Source: Prasinococcaceae sp. CCMP 1430 (taxonomy: Eukaryota; Plantae; Prasinodermophyta). Taken from it: a stretch of 53,423 nt of DNA. Positions 1 to 11,179 of the stretch are shown here, piece after piece (position 1 is the first letter of the stretch; every line of letters begins with the position of its first letter). The notes under the pieces were generated by a model. That model was not told where the DNA came from, searched no databases, and was given only the letters and a program-made list of their open reading frames with translations. The position numbers and the translations under genes are program-made. The DNA lies in NCBI GenBank assembly GCA_013416795.1, contig RQSC01001202.1:166907-220329 (forward strand), in the 5' to 3' direction.

Positions 1-219
1 GCGAGGACGGCGAGAGGGCGAGGTGCGCGCGCGCGCCCGCGCGCGCTGTGCCTTGCCGCGCCCCGCCGTGCCGCGCACTCGACCGCGTACGCGCGCGCAC
101 AAATCGAACCGCTTCGAAGGGGTGCGGGAACACGTCAGAGATTGATGATCAAAACCAAAGGAACAGATCGAAGGCATCGACAGCAAGAAGATGATGGGAG
201 TGGGAGTGCGGTCGACGTG

Positions 220-3200
220 ATGGCGTGCGCGCTCGACCAGGTAATGAGCCGCGCGGCGTTCACGTGCGCGCTCGGCACGCGCCTGCCGGCGCGCGTGACG
301 GCGCTTGCGACCGAGGCGGCCGCGCCGGGGCAGCAGCAGGAACAGCAGCAGCAGGAAGAGCAACAGCAGCAGCAACAGCACCAACACCAACACCAACGGC
401 AGCACCACCAGCAGCAGGAACAGCAGCTCTACCCTCCGCACCGCCTGGAGCAGCACGCGGGCGCGGGCGGGGGCGACTGGGGGGGCGGCGGCGAGCTGCG
501 GGTGTTCGTGGGCACGTCTGCCGGCCAGATCCTCGAGTATGGCGTGAGGGCGGGCGCGGTCGCCGCTCTCGGCGGCGGCGGCGGCGGCTCTGCGCCCGTC
601 GGGGGGAGGGGCGTCGCGCGGCTGCGGGGCCGCGCAACTGTTGGTGGCGGGGGCAAACCCGTGGACGCGTTGCTGTTTCTGAGGGGCGCCGATGCGCTGC
701 TGTCGCTGTGCGACGGCGCCGTCACGATACATCCGGCGCAGGGCGAGGGTGCCGGCAGCGACTTCCGCGCAATGCGCGGAGCGGGGCTGCTCTTCGCCGA
801 CGCGAGCGAGCGCGGCTCGACGCTCGGCGGCCGTTCGGCGGCGCGGTGCGGCGCGGCGCTCCGCAAGAACAAGCTGTGCTTCTTCGCGCTGGGTGCTCCA
901 GGCTCGCAAAAGCGGGGCGCCAACGGGCGCGCCCAGGCGCTTCTCGCCGAGGTGACGCTGCCGGAGGCGCCCACGTCGGTCGCGTGGAACGGCGACGCCG
1001 CCGTGGTGGGCACCCACGCTGGGAGATACCTGTGCGTCAACGGCCTGCGAGGAGGCGGCGGCGGAGCTTCCGGCTCGCCATGCGTGTCGGAGCTCTTCCA
1101 GCTGCCGCCCGACGCGCCCCCCGCGCTCGCCCTCCCGCTGCCGTCGAGGGAAGGCGTCGTGCTGCTAGTCGAGAAGGCAGGCCTCATTGCCGACATGCGT
1201 GGGAGCCCGGCGGCAACCTCGCTGCTCTTCCCCGATCCGCCAGCGGCGCTCTGTCGCGCGGGAGGGTACGTGCTCGCAGCGCATGCGGGACGCATCGACG
1301 TATACCGACCGGGCACCGAGGCCGCCGTGCAGTCGCTGCCGCTCGACGTGCACGCTGCCGACGGGGCCGAGTCCCTCGCGCCGCACGCGCAAGCGCAAGA
1401 GCAGCTGCTGGCGGGCGACTCCGGCGGCGGCGGTGTGGTGTCCGATGTGCACGGTTCGCTGGCCGCGTGCGCCTTCGGCAGTCAGCTGTGGGTGCTCGCG
1501 CCCGTGCCCGTGCTCGAGCAGGCACGCGCCCTGCTCGAGGCAGGACGCGCCGCGGAGGCGGTCGCGCTCGTCGAAGCGGACTACGACGACGATGCGGAGG
1601 GGGCTGGCGACTCCACAGTTTCGGTGGCCACAGCAGACATGCGTGCAGCTGCGGCCTTCACGCTCTTTCGGCAGTTGCGCTTCGCCGAGGCGCGCGAAAT
1701 GCTCGTGGCATGCGTGGGGACACTGCATCCCGCCGAGGTGTTCGGGTTCTTTCCACGAATCGGAGGGGGTAGGTACCTCGTGCACGCCCCGCCAAACGTG
1801 ACGAGCTCGTGGCTCAAGGTGTGTGCGGGCGATGCGGCGCAGATCATCCGCGAGGGCATGGAAGCGGGGCTGCCGCGCCGCGCCCGGCCGCCAGTAGGCA
1901 ACAGCGCCAGCGCCAGCGCTAAGGGTGAAGAACCCACCGAGGAAGTGCTGCTCGCGGAGGCGGTCGAGTGCGTCGCGACATTTCTGGTCGAGGCGAGGAA
2001 AGCGGTACCGCGCCCTCGCGCGCGGGTCCACCAAGCGGACGGCGCGGGGCTTGCCGAGGCGGTGGATTCCACCTTGCTCTTGCTGTTGTGCTCCGAGGAA
2101 GCGTCGCGCTCGTCCGGAGTCGTCGACCTCATCGAGTCGCTCGTCGGCGAGGATGGATTCTGTGCAGATATGACGGTGGCGAGGGCGGCGCTGGAAGGCG
2201 CAGGGCGGCAACACGCGCTCGCGCTACTCCTCCGGCGCAAAGGAGATACTTCTGGCGCACTGCAGACGTGGGCTGGTCTGGGCAAGGGCGAGATCCTCGA
2301 GGGTGCGTTTGTTCCACCGCGTGCGTGCGGCAGTGGCATACGTGCTGTGCTGCACGGCGTGCGCTGACGATGATGTGCGCCCTACATGTGCGTGCGACGG
2401 CGCGCTTTAGGCGTGAGCGCAAGTGGTGCAGTCGCGCGAGGTGCATTTGAATCCGCACCAGACGGCGCGCCGGACGCCACAGCGCGCCGCTTGTCTGCCA
2501 GGCGCGTAGGCGCGAGGTACGCAATGGCGACGCTACGCCAGTCGACGACCAGCGCCATCGATGCGCGTGCGGCTCTCGCACACGTGATGTGGGCGGCCAT
2601 TGTAGACCCAGCCGCGGCTGTGAGCGCATTGGCCTCTCCGCCCCCATCCGTGCTCGCGACGCTGCCGCCGGCGGACGTGCTCGCCGCCGTCACAGAGAGC
2701 CTCCCCGAGAGGGCGGACGATGGGCACGCGAGCGGCGGGCACGGCCCACTGGCGTGTGCCTGCCCGCGCGACGACTTCGCATGGAGGTTCCTCCAGCACG
2801 TCGTCTCTGACACCGAAGAGGGCGCGCAGTCGGCATCCTACCACACCGAGCTCGCGCTTGCCGCCGCGCGAGCGGCGCTGGCAACGTGTCCCGCGGCGAC
2901 GCCACCGCCCGCGGCACGTATCGCATCCGAGCCAATGCTGGACGACGCGGCATCTGGGAGGTCAGGATCGGCGCACGTCACTCCCTCCGTGGCATCCCCC
3001 GAGCAGACTCCTGCGGGCGTCGCGCTGCTCTCGCACGTGGCGAATTCGAAGCACCTGTCGGTACCGCAGGTGCTGCGTGCGGTGCGCGGAACGCCACTGC
3101 TGCGCACGCAGGTCGTCCTGCACAGGCGCATGGGCGACCACATGCCCGCGCTCTGCATCCTGGCCATCACCCTGCGCGATGCTGAAGCCGCCGAGAGGTA

Positions 3201-3744
3201 CTGCCAGCAGGCTGGCGGCGATTCGGCCTACCTCATGCTGCTCCGCTTGTATCTCGACCCTTCATCCGCCGAGGTTCCTGGCGCGGAGGACCTGCAGCCG
3301 GACTATGACGCGGCGGCGGACCTTCTTGCAAGCCGCGGCGCCACGCTGGACCCGCGCGATGTCTTGGGCGCGCTGCCGCCGACGATGCCGCTCGAGGCGG
3401 CCCTGGCCCCACTGCAGCGCATGTTGGAGGACCGCGGGCGGCGCTGGCGGCAGGCGCAGATCGCTCGCTCGCTTGCGCGCGCTGACAACCTAGGCGCGGC
3501 GTACGAGCGCCTGGAGCAGCTCGAGCGGCGTGTGACCGTCGAGGAGGACAAGGTGTGCGCCGCGTGCGGCGCGCGCCTGGGCACGAAGCTCCTTGCCGTC
3601 TATCCCAACGGATCGGTGGCCTGCTACCGCTGTCTACGACAATACGGCGAGCACGTCGACCCGGTCACCGGCACGGATTTCCGCGTGGCGGGCGCGGGCG
3701 CCACGGCGGCGCTGCCCGGCGTTGCGCGCACGCACGGGCGGTGA
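220..3744 (+). CDS. Vps39/TGFBRAP1 (Vps3-like) CORVET/HOPS subunit with CNH domain and C-terminal Vps39_2 zinc finger; intron 2303-2410; start uncertain (145, 220 or 244)
   Basis: CNH-like N-terminus (VFVGTSAGQILEY) and helical region with AERYC and YLMLLRLYL. C-terminal CAACGARLGTKLLAVYPNGSVACYRC is typical of Vps39/TRAP1. The phase-1 GTGCGT...GCTGAC...TAG intron joins ORFs 142-2367 and 2386-3744 in frame. Confidence 0.85.
331..426 (+). repeat. CAG/CAA/CAC low-complexity tract encoding polyQ/QH
   Basis: Directly visible inside the Vps39-like CDS. Confidence 0.9.
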
Positions 3745-3811
3745 GCGCGCACGAGGGGATCGCAGATGTTCGTGGAATTGTACAGTACATTGATTGTATC
3801 CGCCTCCCCCA

Positions 3812-3865
3812 CGCGCGCCCTCGCAGCGCGCGCCCTCGCAGCGCGCGCCCTCGCAGCGCGCGCCC
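3812..3865. repeat. 15-bp tandem repeat (GCGCGCGCCCTCGCA) about 3.5 copies in a convergent intergenic region
   Basis: Directly visible. Confidence 0.85.
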
Positions 3866-4060
3866 GCGCGCGAGCCCTATGTGTTTCTGGCCGGGCGCCC
3901 CCCCCCAGCCCGCACAGACCAGCGCGCCGCGCGCAGGACGCACTCGTAGGAGCGAATGGGGCCCGCGCCGCGCTGCAACGCAGTTTTGGATGGGAAAAAA
4001 ATGGTAAATGCTGGGAGGTAGGGGCGTGAGGGAGCGCACGCGCTGCGCGGCGCGCCCGCC

Positions 4061-5548
4061 CTACTGCAGCACGTTCGAGACGACCCCCGCGCCGACGGTG
4101 CGTCCTCCCTCGCGGATGGCGAAGCGCAGGCCCTTCTCCATGGCGACGGGCGTGATCAGCTCGCACGTGAAGGTGACGTTGTCGCCGGGCATGACCATCT
4201 GCACACCCTCGGGCAGCTGCGCGACGCCGGTGATGTCGGCGGTGCGAAAGAAGAACTGCGGGCGGTAGTTGGTAAAGAAGGGCGTGTGGCGGCCGCCCTC
4301 CTCCTTGGTGAGCACGTACACCTCGCCCTCGAACTTGGTGTGCGGCTTCACCGAGCCCGGCTTGCACACGAGCTGGCCGCGCATCACCTCGTCGCGCTTG
4401 ATGCCGCGCATGAGCAGGCCCACGTTGTCGCCCGCCTGGCCGTAGTCGAGCGACTTCTTGAACATCTCCACACCGGTACACGTGGTCTTCATGGCGTCCT
4501 TCTTGATGCCTGCGAGCGCGCGCGGGTGTGTCAGCGCGCCTGCCCGGCGGTGTGCCAGTGGGCGCGGGCGGCCGTCGCGCGCTCCATCTGCGCGCGCGCA
4601 CTCGCACTCGCGGACACGTTCGCGCCGCGCTCGCGTGCGCGCCGCGCCCTCGACGCACGCACCGATGATCTCGACCTCCTCTCCAGGCTCGATGCGCCCC
4701 TGCTCGATGCGCCCGGTCACGACGGTGCCGCGCCCCTGGATGGAGAAAACGTCCTCCACGGGCATGGCGAAGGGCTTGTCCATGGTGCGCTCGGGCTCAG
4801 GGATGTATTCGTCGACTGTCTTCATCAGCTCGAGGATGGCGTCGCGCCCGATCTCGTTGTTCTTGCCCTCGAGCGCACTGAGCGCCGAGCCGCGCGTGAT
4901 GGGGATCTCGTCGCCTGGAAACTTGTAGAAGTCGAGCAGCTCGCGCAGCTCCATCTCCACGAGCTCGAGGAGCTCCTCGTCGTCCACCATGTCGACCTTG
5001 TTGAGGAAGCACACGAGCGCGGGCACGCCGACCTGCCGAGCGAGCAGGATATGCTCGCGCGTCTGCGGCATCGGCCCGTCGGGCGCCGACACCACCAGGA
5101 TGCCACCGTCCATCTGTGCGGCGCCGGTGATCATGTTCTTCACGTAGTCGGCGTGGCCGGGGCAGTCCACGTGCGCGTAGTGGCGGTTCTCTGTCTCGTA
5201 CTCGACGTGCGACGTCGCGATGGTGATGCCGCGCGCCTTCTCCTCGGGCGCCTTGTCAATCTCGTCGAACGCCCTGAATTCGGCGCCGCCGGCCTCGGCG
5301 AGCACCTTGGTGATGGCTGCGGTCAGCGTGGTCTTCCCATGGTCGACGTGGCCGATCGTGCCGATGTTCAGGTGCGGCTTGCTGCGGTCGTATGCCATGC
5401 CGCGCGCGGGCGCCTGGGATGCCGCGGCGGCAACGGCCGTCACGCCCTCGGCGCGGCGGAATGCCGGGGCAGCGCCACACGCCTGGGCGGACCGGGGGGG
5501 CGGGGCGACCAGGCGCGAGCGAGCGAGCGGCGCAGTGACGCACGGCAC
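4061..5548 (-). CDS. TUFM: Elongation factor Tu, mitochondrial; intron 4510-4662; start uncertain
   Basis: Motifs [23 protein letters not shown] and [10 protein letters not shown]. Ala/Arg-rich targeting-like N-terminal extension. A 153-nt in-frame GT-AG intron accounts for the non-homologous insertion. Confidence 0.95.
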   Translation of the reverse strand: MPCVTAPLARSRLVAPPPRSAQACGAAPAFRRAEGVTAVAAAASQAPARGMAYDRSKPHLNIGTIGHVDHGKTTLTAAITKVLAEAGGAEFRAFDEIDKAPEEKARGITIATSHVEYETENRHYAHVDCPGHADYVKNMITGAAQMDGGILVVSAPDGPMPQTREHILLARQVGVPALVCFLNKVDMVDDEELLELVEMELRELLDFYKFPGDEIPITRGSALSALEGKNNEIGRDAILELMKTVDEYIPEPERTMDKPFAMPVEDVFSIQGRGTVVTGRIEQGRIEPGEEVEIIGACVEGAARTRARRERVRECECARADGARDGRPRPLAHRRAGALTHPRALAGIKKDAMKTTCTGVEMFKKSLDYGQAGDNVGLLMRGIKRDEVMRGQLVCKPGSVKPHTKFEGEVYVLTKEEGGRHTPFFTNYRPQFFFRTADITGVAQLPEGVQMVMPGDNVTFTCELITPVAMEKGLRFAIREGGRTVGAGVVSNVLQ

Positions 5549-5883
5549 AGCGCGTGTCGAGCACCGCGGACGCCAGAGCGAACGCGCGGCGAGCGCGCGG
5601 GAGACGAGCGCGGGTCAGCTCGCGCGCGAGGCGCTCCAGCCGACGCGGGCTTCGCGCCCCTCCCCGTCCTCAAGGCACGAGCGCATGCGCCGGCTCCCTC
5701 TGCCGCGCGGGCGCGCCCGGGCACGCGGCGTCCGCCGCCGCCCTAAAAGACGCACGGGCACGCCCGGCCCATCCCCTCGCCGCGCGCGCACGCGCGCAAC
5801 GCACCGCGCGCAGCGCCGCGGCGGCCTTGGTGGCTCCCTGGCGGAACATGGTGCCCAGCTACCGCCGCCGCCGCCGCTGTCGT

Positions 5884-5884
<1 letters not shown>

Positions 5885-5915
<31 letters not shown>
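5885..5915 (+). repeat. Poly-G tract (others at 17809-17849 and 52902-52922)
   Basis: Directly visible. Confidence 0.9.
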
Positions 5916-5916
<1 letters not shown>

Positions 5917-6635
5917 CGCGGGGGGGTGTCGCCCTCCTTGCACGCTGTGCCTCCGCCGGCGCACACACACCCGCAGCGCGCGGTGCGCGCAGCAGAGCTC
6001 TGCTGCGAGATCGCGCTTGGGCGCGCGCTCTTCCCCGCGAATTCCCCCCAAGCCTCCTATCGTTTTGCACCCGCGCTCGCTCCGCACCCCCGCGCTTTCG
6101 GCGCGCGCGGCGCCGATCGCGCGATCGCGCGAGCCGCCGAGCCAATTCGGCGCCCCGCCCGGCCGTACGCCGCGTGCCTTTTGATATATATTAGGTATCC
6201 CGTGGGAGCAATAGACGTTTTTATGAATCTTGTATTGAGGATGGCGCGGGCGCGAGCGCCCGGCGAGCGGATCGCGAGCGGATTTGCCGGCAAGGCGCAC
6301 ACAACCGCGGCCTCCAGAACCGGGTGCGGTCGCGGGCGATCCGGGTTCGCGCGGGCGTTTCGCGAACGGCGAAGCCTGAACGGCCGTAACATCGGGTCAC
6401 AGCCCCGGGGTCGATCAGGACTGTACCCGCGCGTTTGGAATGCAAGAGAGTGTGAGTTGTGGCCGATCCAAATCCTCGGGGTGCGCTCGAGGCTGGAAGC
6501 GCGGCGCGGCGGCCGCCGCGCGCGATGGCCACAGCGCGCGCGGCGGGGAGGAGCGGACCCGCCTCGCGCGCGAGCCCGCGCGCGCGCGCGGTCTGAGCTG
6601 GCGATCGCGCGCGGACAGGCGCCCGCCGAGGCGCC

Positions 6636-7819
6636 ATGGACATCACGAGCGAGCTCGATGAGGCCGAGTACGAGGTGGAAAATCTCATAGTAGAGCTCGA
6701 GGACTTCATCGAGCCCGAGGTCAAACACGCGCCGCCCGCCAAGCTCAAGAAACTGGAGATGACCCCCACGCAAGAGGCGCTCAACGCGGCCACCATGTTC
6801 GGCGCGCCATGCTACGCGCTGTGGTACTACCAGGAGGCGCTCGGCAAGGGCGGTCAGGTGCGGACTCGGGCGCGCCGCGAGAGAGCCAGCGCGTACGCTG
6901 CGGTGCGCTCGAGGCTCTTCGCTGACCCGCCGCTCCGCGCCGCCTCCGGCCCGCCGCCGCCGATGACGCGGGCGCGAAACGTAGGCGTGCATGCCATTCA
7001 CGTTGGTGCTGCTGCTCGCCGCCGTGTGGCTGCACCTGCCCTGGAGCGTGACGTACCACCTGGTGTGCGCCTTCCGTCGCGCGAAGCGCTCCGCGCTGTG
7101 GGACCCGGTTGACAATACATACAGGCGCCTGGACCAGGTACGGTCGCGCGCCTGGGAGAGCGCGGGGAGGGGCCCACGCGTGCGCGTGCGCGCGGCGGGG
7201 CCGCCGCTGCTGGCGAGCGCGCCCTTGCACCGCCCGCGCGGCCCACATGGCGGACAGGGGCGATGCTGACAGGTGACATGAGCGCATTCGCAATCGCCCG
7301 CTCGCTCGCGTGCGACTCTGCATAGACGTGGATTCACATATCGGGCAGCCTGGTGGCGTACTCCCTCTCCGCGAGCCTCGTGTACTTCGGGGCGGCGGCG
7401 ATTTTCAACGGCATCAGCGTCATGTACCTGTGGAGCAAGCAAGGGAGACCGACGCGGGCGAGGCGGCGGCGGCTCACCAACGTGGTCATATGCGCCGTCG
7501 GGCAGGTGCGAGCGCGCGCATCGTCAAAAGCCGACGCCATCGAGAGCGCGCGCCGCACGTGCGCTGACAGAATTCCGCTGCGCGCGCGGGTGCCCGCCTC
7601 TCCCAGTTGGCGCCACTGATCCCTCGCGGGGACGTCTCCAACGCCGTGGGCGCATTCACGAGCTTCCTCGTAGCAGCGGGGCTGTTCGTGATCAACTCGA
7701 AACTCGACGGCTGGGGCCACTGCCTTTTCCATGTGCTCCTGGTGCCGTACATGGCTTTCCTGTGCAGGAGCGCGGCGGCCGCCGACACTGGCAGCGGCGA
7801 ATGCGACATCGCCTCGTGA
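6636..7819 (+). CDS. PAQR/haemolysin-III (CREST superfamily) membrane protein; exons 6636-6857, 6985-7137, 7326-7505, 7607-7819
   Basis: Four phase-0 exons join in frame. CREST motifs SxxxH (SVTYH), RRLDQ-x-WIH and HxxxH (HCLFH), with several hydrophobic helices. Confidence 0.75.
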
Positions 7820-8087
7820 GGTCTGGGCGCCGCACGCGAGCGCTCATCGCATGCACGCATTCATACTGTACGTACTACATAGCATCTAGAAAGGAAACAC
7901 TTGGCGGATGATGGTAATATCACAGGCTCTCGCCTGCACGCGGTGTCGCGCGCGCGCGCTCCGGCACCTTGCCTGTGAGCGGGTGCAACGCGCGCCGGTG
8001 GACGCGGCGCCTGCACGCCGTGGTGCACGCAGTGCTTACATGTCTTGTCGCTGCGGCGCGCAACGCATGCGCGTGACTCTCCCGTGC

Positions 8088-9389
8088 TCAGAGCTTGGAC
8101 CTGGAGGCGGCTGCGCGGATTATGGCCGCAGCGGAAGCCTTGCCGTGCGCATCGGCCACGGCGGCGGCGTCGAGCCCGTCGTCGTTGGTCGCACGCGCAG
8201 CCGCGCGCGCGCCCTTGGCACGCGACACGAGCATCTGCCGCACGCAGCCATCGTGGCCGAACTTGGCGGCGTCGTGCACGGCAGTGTCGCCATAGAAGTC
8301 CTTGACCGACACGTCCACGCCCTTCCGCACCAGCCACTCGCAGATGTGGTCGTGTCCCCAGAAGGCCGCCTTGTGGAGGGCCGTGCGGCCGCTGCTCGCT
8401 TCGCGGGAGTGCACGTCGCCCCCTTGCGCCGCGTATTTCTGCACCAGCTCCAGAGAGCCGTGCATGGCATGCTCGCGCAGCTCGGCGCTCGCCTTGGCGT
8501 GCGAGGGCGGCGGGGGCATTCCCTTGGCCGCGAGCGCCGCGAAGGGACAGCCACCCGCCTTGGCGGGCGGCGTAGCGGGCGTTCCCTGCGCGATGAGGCG
8601 GCCGAAGGCGTCGGCGAAATCGGCGAAGAAGGCGCCCTCATCCATCGCGTACAGCTCAACGATCGGGCGGAACACAGGGTCGGAGAGCAGCGCGATGTCC
8701 GAAGGGAGCATCATGAGCTCGCCGCTGCGCTTGTCCTGGTACTGCAGCGGACCGTCCCACTTGCGCGGCACCCACTCCTCGTGGAGGAGGTTGACGAAGT
8801 ACCCGTTGTTGAAGGCGAGCGTGTCATGCGTCCACTTGCCATCGAAGCCGGAGCGCGTCTGGTGGCAGCGGCCCAGCGTGTGCGCCCCCGAAAGTGCCAC
8901 GATGTCGCGGTCAGACATGCCCATTCGATGGAAGACCTCGCGGAGGTGGGCGGCGCCCTGCGCGGCATCCGGGAGCCGGCCATTCTCTATAGGCCCCCTG
9001 TGGGTCCCCGCCGGCGCGTCGCTGCGCCCGAAGGAAAACGGCACGCGGGGCCCGCCCATGAACTCGACGGACAGCGCGCCGGCGTACGCCCACAGGTCGG
9101 CGAACGAGATCTCCGGGTGGCGTTTCTTCACCTTCAAAAGCAAGTCCTGGATGATAGACAGGCCCGCGTTGGCCGGGTCGGTCGACTCCGGCGGGAAGCG
9201 CATGAGCGCGCCGTCCGAGCCGCCGTCGCCGGCCTTGGCGTCGTAGGTGCCGGCCGCGTGCCACGCGAGTCGGATGGCCATGGGGCACGCGATGGCCTTG
9301 TGGTTGATTAGCGCCTCGCGAATCTCCGACCTGAGCGCCTGCGTGTTGACGGGCGACGAGAACGCATTCGCGGTCGGCGGCTGCGCCAT
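8088..9389 (-). CDS. Class I heme peroxidase (APX/CcP hybrid type) fused to C-terminal ankyrin repeats
   Basis: Peroxidase motifs RLAWH, SGAHTLGRCH, RSGFDGKW and MMLPSD. Ankyrin motifs GRTALHKAAFWGH and GDTAVHDAAKFGH. Confidence 0.9.
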   Translation of the reverse strand: MAQPPTANAFSSPVNTQALRSEIREALINHKAIACPMAIRLAWHAAGTYDAKAGDGGSDGALMRFPPESTDPANAGLSIIQDLLLKVKKRHPEISFADLWAYAGALSVEFMGGPRVPFSFGRSDAPAGTHRGPIENGRLPDAAQGAAHLREVFHRMGMSDRDIVALSGAHTLGRCHQTRSGFDGKWTHDTLAFNNGYFVNLLHEEWVPRKWDGPLQYQDKRSGELMMLPSDIALLSDPVFRPIVELYAMDEGAFFADFADAFGRLIAQGTPATPPAKAGGCPFAALAAKGMPPPPSHAKASAELREHAMHGSLELVQKYAAQGGDVHSREASSGRTALHKAAFWGHDHICEWLVRKGVDVSVKDFYGDTAVHDAAKFGHDGCVRQMLVSRAKGARAAARATNDDGLDAAAVADAHGKASAAAIIRAAASRSKL

Positions 9390-9925
9390 GGCCCAACCCC
9401 AAACGCCGCCCGTCCGGCTAGCGTGGCGGGCCGCGGCAGCGCGGCCCGCTTTCGCGGCCGGCGCGGGGGAGCCCCTCAGACAGTGCACGAAGTCGCGCTG
9501 ATCGCGCATGTCCCTGTATCGAATGTCGCGCGCCGCGGCACCGGCCGTTCGACTTGCTTTCCGCCCCTCCTTTCGCGAGCATTTGGGGTGCCGTCGCCGC
9601 GATTCTCGCTGGCGCAGGGGTGTTTTTGCTCCGGGGGAGCGCGCATTTGGAGAAGCGTGAAAAGGAGAACCGTTGCGTTGCCGGGAAACGGCGCGCAGAG
9701 AAAAGAGCAGAGCAGAGCGGAGCAGCGGCCGACGCTGACGCGGCGTGCGAGCGGCCGGGGGGCGGCGCCGGCCCGCGCGTGGCCGGCCGGCAATGCCGCC
9801 GACGGCGGGCGCGCCTGCACGGTGGGAGAATTCTTATGTCTTAAGGGTGGCGGCTGCCTGATGCTAGAGGTGGAGCCAGAGCCAGCAGAATGGCCGCTGG
9901 CGGCGGGGCGTCCCGACCGGCCCGC

Positions 9926-11179
9926 TCACTGCGCCCAGCGCACGTAGAAGAACGTGCCCGGCGTGCCCATCTTGTTGCCGAACACCTCGCTGAGGAAGCG
10001 CATGGAGATGACCTCAGGGATGGAGTTGGCGATCTCCGCCTGCAGCGCGTCGGGGTCCTCGGGGTTCTCCGAGATGTCGATGACGGTGTACGCGATGTCG
10101 CCGCGCGAGTTGTTGATCTGAGACGTGATGTTGAGGCCCTTGTCGCCGAGCTGCGTCGTGAGCTGGCCGAGGACGCCGGGGTTGTTCTCGTGCACCACGC
10201 ACAGGCGCGCGTGGCCCTCGCGGTTGCCGGGGATCGTCGTGGGGAAGTTCACCGAGTTGACGATCGCGCCCGTCTCGAGGAAGTTCATGATGGTGTCCGC
10301 GGCCATCGCCGCGGAGTTCTCCTCGGCCTCGGCGGTCGAAGCGCCCAGGTGCGGGAGCACGATGTGGCGCGGGTGGCCGTTGAGGAACGGATCGGAGAAG
10401 TCGGAGACGTACTTGCCCGCCGAGCCCGCGTCCCAGTACTTCTTCAGCGCCTCGCCGTCGACGATCTCGCCGCGCGCGAAGTTGAGGATGTGCACGTTGG
10501 GCTTGCACGCCTCGAGCGCCTCGTCGTCGATGAGGTGGTGCGTCACGCCCGGGATGTAGGGCACGTGCAGCGAGATGTAGTCCGAGGCGGCGTACAGCTC
10601 CTTGAGGTCGGTGGTGCGCGTCATGCGGTCTCCCGGCAGGCGCATGGCCGCGTCGACCGACAGCACCGGGTCGTAGCCGATGACGTTCATGCCGAGCGCC
10701 AGCGCCGCGTCGACCACGCGCGCGCCGATCTGGCCGAGGCCGACGACGCCGAGCGTCTTGCCCGCGATCTCGTTGCCCACGAACATCTTCTTGTCCGCCT
10801 CGATGCGCTTGGCGATGGCGTCGTGGTCCATGCTCTCCTCCGGCATGATCGTGCCCTCCACGTGGTTGGCGCCCTCGTAGATGCCGCGGCTCGCGAGCAG
10901 CAGCGCGCACACGACGAGCTCCTTGACGGCGTTCGCGTTGGCGCCCGGCGTGTTGAACACGGGGATGCCCAGCTCGGTCATCTTCGCCACGTTGCAGTTG
11001 TTGGTGCCCGCACCGCAGCGCACGATGCCGCGCACCGACGGGCTGACGTCGCTCTCCTGCAGCTTGTGCGAGCGCAGCATGATGGCCATCGCGCCGCCGT
11101 CGAGCGCCTCCTCGTCGCCCGACACGGCGTAGCGGCCCTCGGGGAAGCGCTTCAGCCCCACGGAGCTGATGGCGTTGAA
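9926..11179 (-). CDS. serA: D-3-phosphoglycerate dehydrogenase with C-terminal ACT domain, main exon
   Basis: Motifs RCGAGTNN, NTPGANANAVKELV, GVVGLGQIG, NFARG, PHLGAST and ACT HENNPGVL. Acceptor CAG ends at 11180, with a GCTGAC branch point upstream. Confidence 0.92.
   Translation of the reverse strand, partial: FNAISSVGLKRFPEGRYAVSGDEEALDGGAMAIMLRSHKLQESDVSPSVRGIVRCGAGTNNCNVAKMTELGIPVFNTPGANANAVKELVVCALLLASRGIYEGANHVEGTIMPEESMDHDAIAKRIEADKKMFVGNEIAGKTLGVVGLGQIGARVVDAALALGMNVIGYDPVLSVDAAMRLPGDRMTRTTDLKELYAASDYISLHVPYIPGVTHHLIDDEALEACKPNVHILNFARGEIVDGEALKKYWDAGSAGKYVSDFSDPFLNGHPRHIVLPHLGASTAEAEENSAAMAADTIMNFLETGAIVNSVNFPTTIPGNREGHARLCVVHENNPGVLGQLTTQLGDKGLNITSQINNSRGDIAYTVIDISENPEDPDALQAEIANSIPEVISMRFLSEVFGNKMGTPGTFFYVRWAQ

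Noticed and set aside
7905-7980. Box C/D snoRNA candidate (ATGATG)
   Set aside because: No matching CTGA box D or terminal stem.
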